Assembly: GCA_021821305.1 (NCBI GenBank)
Contig: JAKACP010000001.1
Coordinates: forward strand, 468,349 to 532,348
Direction of reading: 5' to 3'
Source: a bacterium
GTDB taxonomy: Bacteria; Patescibacteriota; Minisyncoccia; Moranbacterales; UBA1568
Length of the DNA stretch: 64,000 nucleotides
A program made the position numbers and the translations under genes. Shown here in pieces: positions 50,085 through 62,739 of the stretch. Each line of letters opens with the position of its first letter. Within the stretch, counting starts at the first letter, position 1. Under the pieces are notes generated by a model, which ran no database searches, was not told the DNA's origin, and saw nothing but the letters and a program-made list of their open reading frames with translations.

Positions 50085-50678
50085 TTATACCAGTTTCTCA
50101 CGATTTGTCAATGCTGACTTGAGCGTCATCTCGTCGGCGTATTCGATATCGCCGCCGGTCGCGAGTCCGCGTGCGAGCCGGGAAACGCGTACGCCGAGCG
50201 GTTCGAGCTTCTTTTTCAGGTAAAGGGCGGTCAGATCTCCTTCGGTGGTCGGGTTGAGCGCGAGAATCACCTCCTCGACATGCTCCTCGCCGATGCGGTT
50301 CTGGAGCTCGGGGATGCGCAAGGCGGTACCGCCGTCGCCTCCTGCCTGCATGACTCCGCCCAGGCAGTGATAGCGCCCGTGGAAACTCGCCGACCGCTCG
50401 AGGGCGATCACGTCCATGGGTTCCTCGACGACGCAGAGGATCGACGTATCGCGCTTGGGATCCTCGCAGATGTCGCAGTATTCTCCCTCGGATATGTGGA
50501 AACAGCGGGAGCAGAACGAGAGGTTCTTCAGCTCCTCGAGGCTTTCGGCGAAAGCGAGCAGTTTCGCGTCTTCCTGTTTGAAGAGGTAGAGCACGATGCG
50601 CTCGGCCATCTTCGGTCCGACGGACGGAAGGGCCGCGAAATGCGATATCAGGTTCTGGAACGATTTTGGATACCTCAT
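50085..50678 (-). CDS. recR: Recombination mediator RecR
   Basis: LPSVGPKMAER, CSRC..CDIC, CVVE, NPTTEGD, LARGL..GGDIEYAD. Confidence 0.97.
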   Translation of the reverse strand: MRYPKSFQNLISHFAALPSVGPKMAERIVLYLFKQEDAKLLAFAESLEELKNLSFCSRCFHISEGEYCDICEDPKRDTSILCVVEEPMDVIALERSASFHGRYHCLGGVMQAGGDGGTALRIPELQNRIGEEHVEEVILALNPTTEGDLTALYLKKKLEPLGVRVSRLARGLATGGDIEYADEMTLKSALTNREKLV

Positions 50679-50681
50679 ACT

Positions 50682-50817
50682 GAAAACACGATATTCAAAA
50701 CACAAAAAGCCAAACAAAACACAGTCATCAAAGCACAAACGATTTCTTTTTTGTGCTTCTTAACCTTATGTTTTGTGCTTTGTTTGGTATTTTGTGCATC
50801 TGTCTTTTGTGTTTTCC
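50682..50817. repeat. Imperfect inverted-repeat element of the CACAAA..CCAAACAAA family
   Basis: 27 bp at 50696-50722 identical to 939-965; right arm tttgtttggtattttgtg. Confidence 0.8.
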
Positions 50818-50821
50818 GAAA

Positions 50822-52186
50822 TTACATTTCGGAATGGACCCTCTCGAGATTGCGGAAGGTGGTCGAATTCTCGTCGAAGTAGAGGGAGACCTTGCCGACG
50901 GGGCCGTTGCGGTGCTTGGCGATGATGACGTCGGCGATGTTCTTGTTCGGGGTATCCGGTTTCACGCGGTCTTCGCGGTAGAGGAAGAGCACGACGTCGG
51001 CGTCCTGTTCGATGGAACCGGATTCACGGAGGTCGGAGAGCTTCGGTATCTGGTCGGGCCGCGATTCGACGGCGCGGGAGAGCTGGGAGAGCGCGATGAC
51101 CGGGACATTGAGCTCCTTGGCGAGCTGTTTGAGACCGCGGGAGATCTCGGAGATCTCCTGGACGCGGTTGTCGCCGCCGCGGGAGCGTCCTTCCATGAGC
51201 TGGAGGTAGTCGATGATGATGAGGCCGAGCTTGTGCTCCGACTGCAGACGCCGCGCCATGGTGCGCATTTCCATGATATTGGCGGACGAGGTGTCGTCGA
51301 TGAAGATCGGGGCCTCGGAAAGGACGCCGATCGCTTCGCCGATCTTCTGGAAGTCGTTGCCTTCGCCCTCGGTCTGGAGCTTGCCGGTGCGCAGGCGCCA
51401 CAGATCGACGCCGGACTGTGCGGCGATCATACGGTCGACGAGCTGATCCGAGGACATTTCGAGCGAGAAGATGCCGACCGGCACCTTGGAGTGGACACCG
51501 ACCTGCCGCGCGATGTCGAGGGCGAAGGTCGTCTTACCGACCGACGGACGGGCCGCGAGGATGATGAGGTCGGAGTTCTGGAGTCCCGAGAGGACGTTGT
51601 CGAGGTCGGTATAGGTGGTGGGGACGCCGCGGAAGGACTTGTCGCTCTTGTGGAGCTCGTCGATGCGGTTGAACGCGTCCTCGAGGATGGAACGGATCGG
51701 GATGAAGTCCTGCTTGAGGTACTTCTGGCTGACGCCGAAGAGACGCTGTTCCGCGTCGTCGAGGACCTTCTGGACGTCGTCTTCCTCGTTGAACCCCATC
51801 TCGACGATCTCCGAGGCCGCCGTGATGAGTCGGCGGAGGAGGGATTTCTTCTGGACGACCTTGGCGTAGTGCGCGACGTTGGACGCGGAGGGGACGGTAT
51901 TGACGAGCGAGGCGAGGTAGCCCGAGCCGCCGACGGAGTCGAGCTTGCCTTTTTCCTCGAGTTTGTTCGCGAGCGAGAGGACGTCGATCGGATCGCGGTC
52001 CTCGTAGAGCTCGAACATCGACTCGTAGATCAGGTTGTGGTCTCCCTTGTAGAAATCACCGGGGCGGACGAGGTCGGCGACCTTGATGATGGCGTCCTTG
52101 TCCAGCATCAAAGAGCCGAGCACCGACTGCTCGGCTTCGATATTGTGCGGCGGGACGCGGAGGTGTTCGGTGTTCTTGGTAGCCAT
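50822..52186 (-). CDS. dnaB: Replicative DNA helicase
   Basis: PPHNIEAEQSVLG, AARPSVGKT, IDYLQLM, LSDLRESGSIEQDAD, AKHRNGP; no intein. Confidence 0.99.
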   Translation of the reverse strand: MATKNTEHLRVPPHNIEAEQSVLGSLMLDKDAIIKVADLVRPGDFYKGDHNLIYESMFELYEDRDPIDVLSLANKLEEKGKLDSVGGSGYLASLVNTVPSASNVAHYAKVVQKKSLLRRLITAASEIVEMGFNEEDDVQKVLDDAEQRLFGVSQKYLKQDFIPIRSILEDAFNRIDELHKSDKSFRGVPTTYTDLDNVLSGLQNSDLIILAARPSVGKTTFALDIARQVGVHSKVPVGIFSLEMSSDQLVDRMIAAQSGVDLWRLRTGKLQTEGEGNDFQKIGEAIGVLSEAPIFIDDTSSANIMEMRTMARRLQSEHKLGLIIIDYLQLMEGRSRGGDNRVQEISEISRGLKQLAKELNVPVIALSQLSRAVESRPDQIPKLSDLRESGSIEQDADVVLFLYREDRVKPDTPNKNIADVIIAKHRNGPVGKVSLYFDENSTTFRNLERVHSEM

Positions 52187-52312
52187 GGGAGCCTGTCTTG
52201 AGTGAATCTCATTCTAGCACCATTTCCCGGAAACGGAAACACTGGACAAACGGCGGGAAATAGGGTATATTGTGACGATGTGTCCCTTATCAACCGGAAC
52301 GGAGGATGTGCC

Positions 52313-52681
52313 ATGGCAGTGGAAAATGTCAAGAATCTCGAGAAGTTCTTCGCCAAAAAAATCGATGGAATCGATCTCGAGGGAGAAAACTGCATTCAGG
52401 AATTCTGGGAGTGGTATCGCGGAAACGACGTACGACTGCTTCTCCCGCCGTATATCAATTTCCGAAAAAAGACCCTGAACGCGATCTTCATCCCGCTCAA
52501 GGACGTGCGGAGAGCGGTCTTCCAGGCGAAGAGCCGCGAGAAGGTGCGGGAAAAAGTCGAGAAGTGGAAAAAGACGGAATGCGGAAAAAAATCCTGCATC
52601 CATGACGAGTGGTACGCGTCGTTTCCCTCGGACCTTTCTGCCGATGAACATATCTTCGTCGCCACCGTCTTTTACGAATAG
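52313..52681 (+). CDS. Hypothetical protein
   Basis: SD GGAGG before ATG 52313; terminator hairpin about 52702-52727. Confidence 0.7.
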   Translation: MAVENVKNLEKFFAKKIDGIDLEGENCIQEFWEWYRGNDVRLLLPPYINFRKKTLNAIFIPLKDVRRAVFQAKSREKVREKVEKWKKTECGKKSCIHDEWYASFPSDLSADEHIFVATVFYE

Positions 52682-52725
52682 CGAGGCGTAGCGGCATCAC
52701 GAGCCGGAGAATAACACTCCGGCTT

Positions 52726-54129
<1,404 letters not shown>

Positions 54130-54217
54130 AGGCAGGAAGCACTGAACATATATCATGATACCAAACAAAGCAAAAGAGGGATACCTCCCTCTTTTTTCCG
54201 GTATCCGTCGGCGGTGC

Positions 54218-55126
54218 CTAGAACCACTGTTTCCACCTGAAGACCGTGACGGTGAAGGCGGCGATGACGAGCATGAACCCGAAATGGATCCAGAACGCCA
54301 GCGGATGGCTGCCGAACGGGATCGACGCGCTCATCGCGAGCATGTTGGTATACACCGTCATCGGAAGGAGCACCGCCGAGAAGATCGTGAGGACCTTCAT
54401 GGTCATGTCGAGCTTGTTCGAGAGGAGGGAGTTGTTGGTCGCCTCGAGCGCCTCGACGGTCTCCTTGGCGCTCTCGAGGATGTTCCAGATGCGGATGTTG
54501 GTACCGATGAGGTCCTGGAAGTACATCTTGAGTTCGTGGGGGATGAGCGGATGCTCCTTCTGCGCGAGGGAATCGAGGATGGAACGCTGGGGCTTGAGCG
54601 TCCGGCGGAAGTTGAGGATATCGCGCTTCACGATCGAGATCTCGAGCACCATTTCCTTCTCATGCTCGGAGAACACCTGGGTCTCGATATAGTCGAGGTT
54701 CTCGGTGATGTGGTTGAGCTTGGGGAAACAGGAGTTGAGGAGGATCTCCAGGATATGGTAGAGGAGGTCGGCCGGCGTCTTGCCGAAATAGACCCGGCGC
54801 TTGCCCTCGCTCGCGCTCAGCTGTTCGAAGAACTTGTCGAGCTGGTAGATGGCGTGCCGGTGCGAAGTGATGAGGTAATCCTTGGTGAGGATGATATCGA
54901 GTTCGCCCGGATACGTGGTCCGCATCGCTACGTCGAAGAGGGGGATGTGCACGGACAGGAACAGACAGCCGTCGTACTGGACGACTTTGGGCTGGTAGGT
55001 CGGCGTGACGAGCTCCTCGATCGCGAGCGGATGGATGTCGAAGTTCTCCTGGAGGTACGTGATGTCGCTTTGCTGGGGATCCCGGAAATCGATCCAGGTG
55101 AACTTCTTTTCCTTGATGATATTCAT
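54218..55126 (-). CDS. corA: CorA family Mg2+ transporter
   Basis: WIDFRDP, IHPLAIEE, MKVLTIFS..LP; GMN replaced by AMS. Confidence 0.85.
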   Translation of the reverse strand: MNIIKEKKFTWIDFRDPQQSDITYLQENFDIHPLAIEELVTPTYQPKVVQYDGCLFLSVHIPLFDVAMRTTYPGELDIILTKDYLITSHRHAIYQLDKFFEQLSASEGKRRVYFGKTPADLLYHILEILLNSCFPKLNHITENLDYIETQVFSEHEKEMVLEISIVKRDILNFRRTLKPQRSILDSLAQKEHPLIPHELKMYFQDLIGTNIRIWNILESAKETVEALEATNNSLLSNKLDMTMKVLTIFSAVLLPMTVYTNMLAMSASIPFGSHPLAFWIHFGFMLVIAAFTVTVFRWKQWF

Positions 55127-55219
55127 GATGTGCGGAGTTTGTTGTTTGTTGCCGTGTCGACCGCATCGTAGCATATTTTCCGATTGACAGGAAGCCCGAA
55201 AAGAGGTATCGTATATCCC

Positions 55220-55462
55220 ATGCTCAAGCGAATACTCCTTTTGACGATACGCGCGTATCAGAAGACATTGTCTTTCGATCATGGCATCGTCGGAATGATA
55301 TCCGGTGAGCGTTTCTGTCGGTTCCATCCGAGTTGCAGTCAGTACACGTACGAGGCGGTGGATCGTCTCGGTATCGTGCGCGGGCTCTGGCTCGGGTTCC
55401 GGCGCATCATCCGGTGTCATCCCTGGAATCCCGGGGGCTATGATCCGGTACCGAAGCGGTAG
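55220..55462 (+). CDS. yidD: Membrane protein insertion efficiency factor
   Basis: [27 protein letters not shown]. Confidence 0.96.
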   Translation: MLKRILLLTIRAYQKTLSFDHGIVGMISGERFCRFHPSCSQYTYEAVDRLGIVRGLWLGFRRIIRCHPWNPGGYDPVPKR

Positions 55463-55496
55463 CAGTCCATTCACAACATCATACAAGGAGCAGAAA

Positions 55497-55781
55497 TTGT
55501 CACAGAACGCATCGAATCAGCCGTTGTATTGCGGGCTCCTCGAACCGGCGAAAGGGCCGCTCGAGGTAGTCGTCTGTCCCAGAGCCTCCCTTCGTTCCGT
55601 CGCCCGATGTTCCGTCGAAGTCTCGATCAGGACCGTCGCCAACTTCTACGACGAGGAGAGTCTCACCTGTCAGGAATGCCAGCACAGGAAGATCTGCGAC
55701 GTGGCGGCGCCCCGTGTCAGGGACATCAGGGCATCGCAGGATCGGATCATTCCGGAAGTATCCGCCACGCACTCCGCGTGA
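55497..55781 (+). CDS. Small Cys-rich protein, paralogue 1
   Basis: SD AAGGAG before TTG 55497; VVVCPR...CQECQHRKIC. Confidence 0.7.
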   Translation: MSQNASNQPLYCGLLEPAKGPLEVVVCPRASLRSVARCSVEVSIRTVANFYDEESLTCQECQHRKICDVAAPRVRDIRASQDRIIPEVSATHSA

Positions 55782-55821
55782 AATGATGTCCGGGACCACC
55801 AAATGGAAAAGGAGAGAAGAC

Positions 55822-56115
55822 ATGTTCACCGATTCACGGAGAAAAGACCAGCGCCCGCAGGCCGGGTTCGCGGCGGTAGTCGTATGTCCGCGTATCGCGG
55901 ATGCCGCACTGCACAACAAGTCCGTCGTCATCTGTATCAGCACCGAAAGTACCACGCATATCTACAACGATGACAGCAAGATATGTTTGGAGTGTCAGAA
56001 TCGATCCGCCTGCAAGGGGAGGGTCGACCGAATGAAAGAGGCCAAGGAGGCCGAACGTCCCCCACGGGAGAGAGTTCCCTTATCGATGGCCGAGGCCCAA
56101 CGTATGCCCATGTAG
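55822..56115 (+). CDS. Small Cys-rich protein, paralogue 2
   Basis: SD AAGGAG before ATG 55822; VVVCPR...CLECQNRSAC. Confidence 0.72.
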   Translation: MFTDSRRKDQRPQAGFAAVVVCPRIADAALHNKSVVICISTESTTHIYNDDSKICLECQNRSACKGRVDRMKEAKEAERPPRERVPLSMAEAQRMPM

Positions 56116-56193
56116 TCCGAAGCAAGGCCGGAAATCGGTTTTTACCGTTCAAAACCCTGAATAATTCAGGGTTTTTTCTTTTTCCCGCGCACG

Positions 56194-56220
56194 CTGGCAC
56201 TCAGTCTTGACGAGTGCCAA
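56194..56220. promoter_or_regulatory. CIRCE operator
   Basis: CTGGCACTC-N9-GAGTGCCAA versus consensus TTAGCACTC-N9-GAGTGCTAA, directly upstream of hrcA. Confidence 0.9.
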
Positions 56221-56241
56221 ACATATATCTATACTGGATAT

Positions 56242-56976
56242 ATGAATACGAGACAGCAACAGATACTCGCCGGCGTCGTCGAGCTCTATACCGAGACGGC
56301 CGTCCCGGTCGGTTCGCATGCCCTCCTCGAGCAGGGGCGGTTCGACGTCTCTCCGGCGACGATCCGCAGCGACATGGCGACCCTCGAAAAGGAAGGCTAC
56401 CTCTATCAGCCGCATACGAGCGCCGGGCGGATCCCGACGGACCTCGGGTACCGCTTCTATGTCGAGGAGATCATGTCCGACGAGGAGCTCTCGCTCGCGG
56501 ATCAGAAGAAGCTCAAGCATGAGCTCCTCACTCTCCGTGCCAAGCAGGCCCGCCTCTCGCGGAGCACGGCCAAGCTCCTCTCGGCGCTTTCCGGCAACCT
56601 CGTCATCACCGGCATGATCGGCAAGGACGAGCTCCACGATTTCGGGATGAAGGAACTCCTCGACAAGCCCGAGTTCCAGGAGCTCGATGAGTTCTGCCGC
56701 CTCGTCGAAGCCCTCGACTCGCTCGACGAGCGCTTCGACGCGATATTGAAACAGGTCAAGGACGGAGAAACACATATCTTCATCGGTTCGGAGAATCCCA
56801 TCAAGGGGATCGGCAACTGCTCGATGGTGGTCGCGCCGTATGAATCCAAGGAAGGCAAGGGCATCCTCGCCATCATCGGCCCCAAGCGCATGCAGTATGC
56901 CAAGAACAAATCCCTCCTCGAACATATGAGGAAACTCCTCGGCTCGTCGCTCGTCCTCATCGTCGTCTTATCCTAA
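56242..56976 (+). CDS. hrcA: Heat-inducible transcription repressor (short form)
   Basis: PVGS, SPATIRSDMATLE..GYL.QPHTSAGRIPTDLGYRFYV, IIGPKRMQY. Confidence 0.95.
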   Translation: MNTRQQQILAGVVELYTETAVPVGSHALLEQGRFDVSPATIRSDMATLEKEGYLYQPHTSAGRIPTDLGYRFYVEEIMSDEELSLADQKKLKHELLTLRAKQARLSRSTAKLLSALSGNLVITGMIGKDELHDFGMKELLDKPEFQELDEFCRLVEALDSLDERFDAILKQVKDGETHIFIGSENPIKGIGNCSMVVAPYESKEGKGILAIIGPKRMQYAKNKSLLEHMRKLLGSSLVLIVVLS

Positions 56977-56987
56977 CCGAAACCCCT

Positions 56988-57557
56988 ATGAAAAAAGAAA
57001 AGAAACAGGCGAATCCCGAGAAAGATGAGATCCTGGAAGAGAATGGAGAGCCTACCGAAAGCGAGGCGGCTATCGCCGAAAAGACCTCCGAAGAACTCGT
57101 CGTCGAATACCTCGACGGATGGAAGCGATGCCAGGCGGAATTCGAGAACTACAAGAAACGCCAGGCGGAATCGCAGAAGGAGCTCGGCGGGTATCTGATA
57201 GAGAAACTGCTCTTCGATATCATTCCGGTCCTCGACAATTTCCGGATGGCGACGGGACATGTGCCCAAGGAAGCGGAAGGAAGTCCCTGGGTCACCGGTA
57301 TACAATATATAGAGAAACAATTGGAAGACGCCCTCCGGGCCCACGGCGTCGAGGTGATAGAGGTCAAGGAAGGGGACGCGTTCGACCCCAATATCCACGA
57401 AGCCATAGACAGTCAACAGCCGACAGAGAACAGTCAGCAGGAAGCCGAAGAAAAAGAAAGCGAAGAGAAGAAAGAGGTCGTCGCGAAGGTATTACAGAAC
57501 GGATACAAGATAGGCGGCCGGGTCGTCAGGCCGGCGAAAGTGACGGTAAAATCCTAG
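56988..57557 (+). CDS. grpE: Nucleotide exchange factor GrpE
   Basis: AEFENYKKR, PVLDNF, FDPNIHEA, GYKIGGRVVRPAKV. Confidence 0.96.
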   Translation: MKKEKKQANPEKDEILEENGEPTESEAAIAEKTSEELVVEYLDGWKRCQAEFENYKKRQAESQKELGGYLIEKLLFDIIPVLDNFRMATGHVPKEAEGSPWVTGIQYIEKQLEDALRAHGVEVIEVKEGDAFDPNIHEAIDSQQPTENSQQEAEEKESEEKKEVVAKVLQNGYKIGGRVVRPAKVTVKS

Positions 57558-57656
57558 AAGGTTGTCGGGTCGGTTCCGCCAAGTAAGTATTCGTCCGCCA
57601 GAGCGTATTATTAATGGGTGAAGAATAACCATTGAACTGGAAAGGAGGTGAGTGAT

Positions 57657-58100
57657 ATGCGAAACATCATTTCTCTTGAGCCGTTCCTTCCGTCGCTTCG
57701 CGATTTCGATCGCCTTATGAACGACGGGATCGCGACGGGCGACTTTGTCCCGGCGGTGGATATCTTCCAGGACAGGGATAATCTCGTCGTCGAGATGGCC
57801 GCGCCGAGGATCGATCCGGATAAGGTCGAAATCTCGGTCGAGTACGATGTCCTGACCATCTCCGGCCGCACGGCGTCGAAACAGGAGGTGAAGCGCGAGG
57901 ATTACTATCGCAAAGAGGTCCGTGAGGGCGGTTTCTCCCGATCGCTCATCCTCCCGATGCCCGTAAGGGGCGACAAGGCGGAAGCGACCTACGAGAACGG
58001 GACGCTGCGCGTCGTTCTTCCGAAGCGGGAAGAAGTGAAGCCGAAACGGATCGCGATCAAGGTGTCCGCGCCGCCGAAAAAACTGGCGGTCAAGAAGTAA
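57657..58100 (+). CDS. Hsp20/alpha-crystallin small heat shock protein
   Basis: [29 protein letters not shown]. Confidence 0.93.
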   Translation: MRNIISLEPFLPSLRDFDRLMNDGIATGDFVPAVDIFQDRDNLVVEMAAPRIDPDKVEISVEYDVLTISGRTASKQEVKREDYYRKEVREGGFSRSLILPMPVRGDKAEATYENGTLRVVLPKREEVKPKRIAIKVSAPPKKLAVKK

Positions 58101-58102
58101 GC

Positions 58103-58156
58103 TGTCATTCCGAGCGAGAGCGAGGAAAGAGGTTCCTTGCTCCGCTCGGGATAACA
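58103..58156. repeat. REP-like palindrome
   Basis: TGTCATTCCGAGCG..GCGAGGAA / TTCCTTGC..CGCTCGGGATAACA. Confidence 0.7.
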
Positions 58157-58216
58157 TCCGAAAAACAAGATGACGCAGTGCCACATCATAATAATAACCA
58201 AGTAAATGTATACAAT

Positions 58217-60163
<1,947 letters not shown>

Positions 60164-60168
60164 TGATT

Positions 60169-60196
60169 AAGCGGGGCCATTTTGGCCCCGCTTTTG
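60169..60196 (+). terminator. Intrinsic terminator after dnaK
   Basis: aagcggggcca-ttt-tggccccgctttt. Confidence 0.85.
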
Positions 60197-60220
60197 TATA
60201 AAATTTAAAAGTAAACTTTT

Positions 60221-60994
60221 ATGGGCAGGTCGTACAAAGCTGATTTGGTAGAAGCGAAAAAACAGAGTAAGGAATTGGAGTCCCTAATAGCGGAACTGAC
60301 AGATAGAAATACTACGTTGGAGGAAGAACTTGCTTCTGCGAAACAGGAGTCTATTGATAATAGATTGGCGTTTGAACAAAAATATTCTACCAAAGAGAGT
60401 GAGCTTTTTTCAGAAAAACAGGCCCTGGAAGTGGAGAAAGGAGTCTTGAAGTCTGAAAATGATTCCCTCAAAAACACCATTACTGAAAAACAGGGCGAGA
60501 TAAATAAAATGCAGGTGAAAAAAATGGCATCAGAGTATGGAAATCAGGAAGATGCGTATCTTGAAGATACTATCAAGTGGAGTAAATATCTCTTGCTAAG
60601 TGCACTGGTACTTTTTTTATCTACATTTTGGTCAGTAATCTTTGCTTCTGGCAAAGCATGGTACGAGCGATTTGAATTCTACCTGATTGATTTCATACTT
60701 ATAAGTGCTGTTTGGTTTTGCGCGTGGCAATATTCTTACTATGTAAAGCTACGAAACGATTACGCGAATAGAAAAACTTTAGCACAAACTTATCACAATA
60801 TACTCCTGAGTATTGGCGAATCCGAAGACCCTAATGAAAATGTAATAAATATTGAAACTAAAAAAGAATTCATGAAGAAAGCAACGGATGTATTGTGCGC
60901 ACCAAGTATTATTGAAGCGAAAGAGCCGCTTCTCTCAAAAGAGCTGTTAAAGAATGCTGGAAAGACTGCGGAGGTTATTATTAAAATGAAATAA
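60221..60994 (+). CDS. Hypothetical coiled-coil plus 2-TM protein (AT-rich island)
   Basis: 257-aa ORF: long coiled coil then two TMs. Confidence 0.8.
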   Translation: MGRSYKADLVEAKKQSKELESLIAELTDRNTTLEEELASAKQESIDNRLAFEQKYSTKESELFSEKQALEVEKGVLKSENDSLKNTITEKQGEINKMQVKKMASEYGNQEDAYLEDTIKWSKYLLLSALVLFLSTFWSVIFASGKAWYERFEFYLIDFILISAVWFCAWQYSYYVKLRNDYANRKTLAQTYHNILLSIGESEDPNENVINIETKKEFMKKATDVLCAPSIIEAKEPLLSKELLKNAGKTAEVIIKMK

Positions 60995-61054
60995 GCACCA
61001 CAGAAAAATCCGGTGCTTTTTGAGAAGAAGCAATTCCTCTTATTTAGTAATTCT

Positions 61055-61642
61055 ATGGGTATCAGTAAAGCTCATGAAGATTTGTTGGATAGTGCTGAAA
61101 ATCTTTCTCAAAATATCAATCTATTTAGAAATGGTAAAGCCTCTGCCTATAGAATTATTGCGACAATATTATGCTCGTTACTTATTAATGACAAAAAGAA
61201 CGGAGCCTTTCTGAAAAGACTGTTTCCGAAAATAAAACTCCATCCGGTACAGGAAAATAATATGTTAAACATATTAAAATCTATAGGAGTAGATGAAAAG
61301 CATATAAAATTTCTTCAAGACGGGACCCTGTCAGTTAGAGGCAATGGAGATTCTGAACTAATACTTTTCGATTTTTTTGCCAAGCCAATAGAGCTGGATT
61401 CATGGTTAAAGCAAAGAGTTGTATACATCGAAAGCCCCATATCAATAGAAGAACTTTTAAGATCAGTTCGAGATAAAGAGTCATCTCATTTGGATCCAGA
61501 CTACAATGATACGCTTGCAAATACTCGCTCAGTTTCATATGGGGAAAATGGCTGTCACAAGGAAATTATTATTTCGATTGGAGAATATATATTACAAATA
61601 CTAAATGGTATAATTAATTTCAAAAATCTTCCGGATAAATAA
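61055..61642 (+). CDS. Hypothetical protein (AT-rich island)
   Basis: Long ORF in AT-rich DNA; contains RDKESSH (Rx5H). Confidence 0.75.
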   Translation: MGISKAHEDLLDSAENLSQNINLFRNGKASAYRIIATILCSLLINDKKNGAFLKRLFPKIKLHPVQENNMLNILKSIGVDEKHIKFLQDGTLSVRGNGDSELILFDFFAKPIELDSWLKQRVVYIESPISIEELLRSVRDKESSHLDPDYNDTLANTRSVSYGENGCHKEIIISIGEYILQILNGIINFKNLPDK

Positions 61643-61732
61643 ATTTTTGAGAAGAAAAGGAATCAAGTACCTTTTTCAATAAAAACTGATATACTCGGAG
61701 CATAAAAGTTCATTGGTTAAAGTATCAAAAAT

Positions 61733-62242
61733 ATGGATAAAATGCTGAGAAATTCAATTATATTAGGAATTGTGGTCGTATCTTTTTCTGTTGGATACTA
61801 TCTTGTTGTATTTTTGCCAGAGAAAGAGGCGACTAGAATAGCTCAACAACAGCAAGAAAAATTATTGGATGAGCAGAAGGAGAGCGAGCGAAAAAGCAAA
61901 GAAGTGGCAAAGGAGCTGGAAATAAAAACAGCAAAGTGCTTTGAGGACGCAAAGAAATTTCATGAAAATTATATTAAATCCATAGCAGGCTATTATCAAG
62001 AACCAAAATATAACTATAATCAGAAGCTAGGAAAGTGTTTATATAGTGGGGGGTATAATAAAAAAACAGTACTTTTATCTGATGTAAATTCGGACAAGCT
62101 AGTAAAAACTCCCGAATATTATTGGGAGCGAATGGTAAAAGATGTTTATACAAACGAAACCTTAATATCAGTCTATAACTTCCAAGATACGGAAAGTATC
62201 AAGGCTTATTGGGATGAGCATAGTAAGCTCATGGGTAACTAG
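61733..62242 (+). CDS. Hypothetical membrane-anchored protein
   Basis: N-terminal TM, coiled coil, Cys pair. Confidence 0.8.
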   Translation: MDKMLRNSIILGIVVVSFSVGYYLVVFLPEKEATRIAQQQQEKLLDEQKESERKSKEVAKELEIKTAKCFEDAKKFHENYIKSIAGYYQEPKYNYNQKLGKCLYSGGYNKKTVLLSDVNSDKLVKTPEYYWERMVKDVYTNETLISVYNFQDTESIKAYWDEHSKLMGN

Positions 62243-62355
62243 AGCAGAAAAGGAGCCCCTCCAAAGGCGGGATCGACGGGACTGTCGACTTTCCGACAGA
62301 AGGGCATATTTTCAAGTTACAAGCTATTTAAATTCTTAGATTGAGGTGTGAGATT

Positions 62356-62682
62356 ATGAAAAAATTTGAAGAAATGCATTTATTGGTTCGGTACCTTGGA
62401 TATCTTTTCGTTGCCAGCATATTTTCGGCTGTTATCTTTGTGCGACCGAGCGACTCTTTTGATGAGTTAAAAAATAGTTGGGGATTTTTCCATATGGTAT
62501 CCACGCTTACGATGGGCATGAGCCTGATCGATATGGTGAAAAGTAGATTTACAGAGAATAGCAAAGCGGATTCTGGCGACGACCGCTCATTTGCTTCGGA
62601 TCAGTTTGTCTATCTGGTTTCCGGAGTTTTCGTCTATATGATCACCTTCGGATTGATTGTATCTGTGCTATCTTTTCTGTAA
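62356..62682 (+). CDS. Hypothetical 3-TM protein
   Basis: SD GAGGTG; three hydrophobic segments. Confidence 0.65.
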   Translation: MKKFEEMHLLVRYLGYLFVASIFSAVIFVRPSDSFDELKNSWGFFHMVSTLTMGMSLIDMVKSRFTENSKADSGDDRSFASDQFVYLVSGVFVYMITFGLIVSVLSFL

Positions 62683-62739
62683 GGATATCGGAGAATCCTC
62701 CAATTCCAGATTGTTCTTGGAACTTATAGGTCTAAAGAG

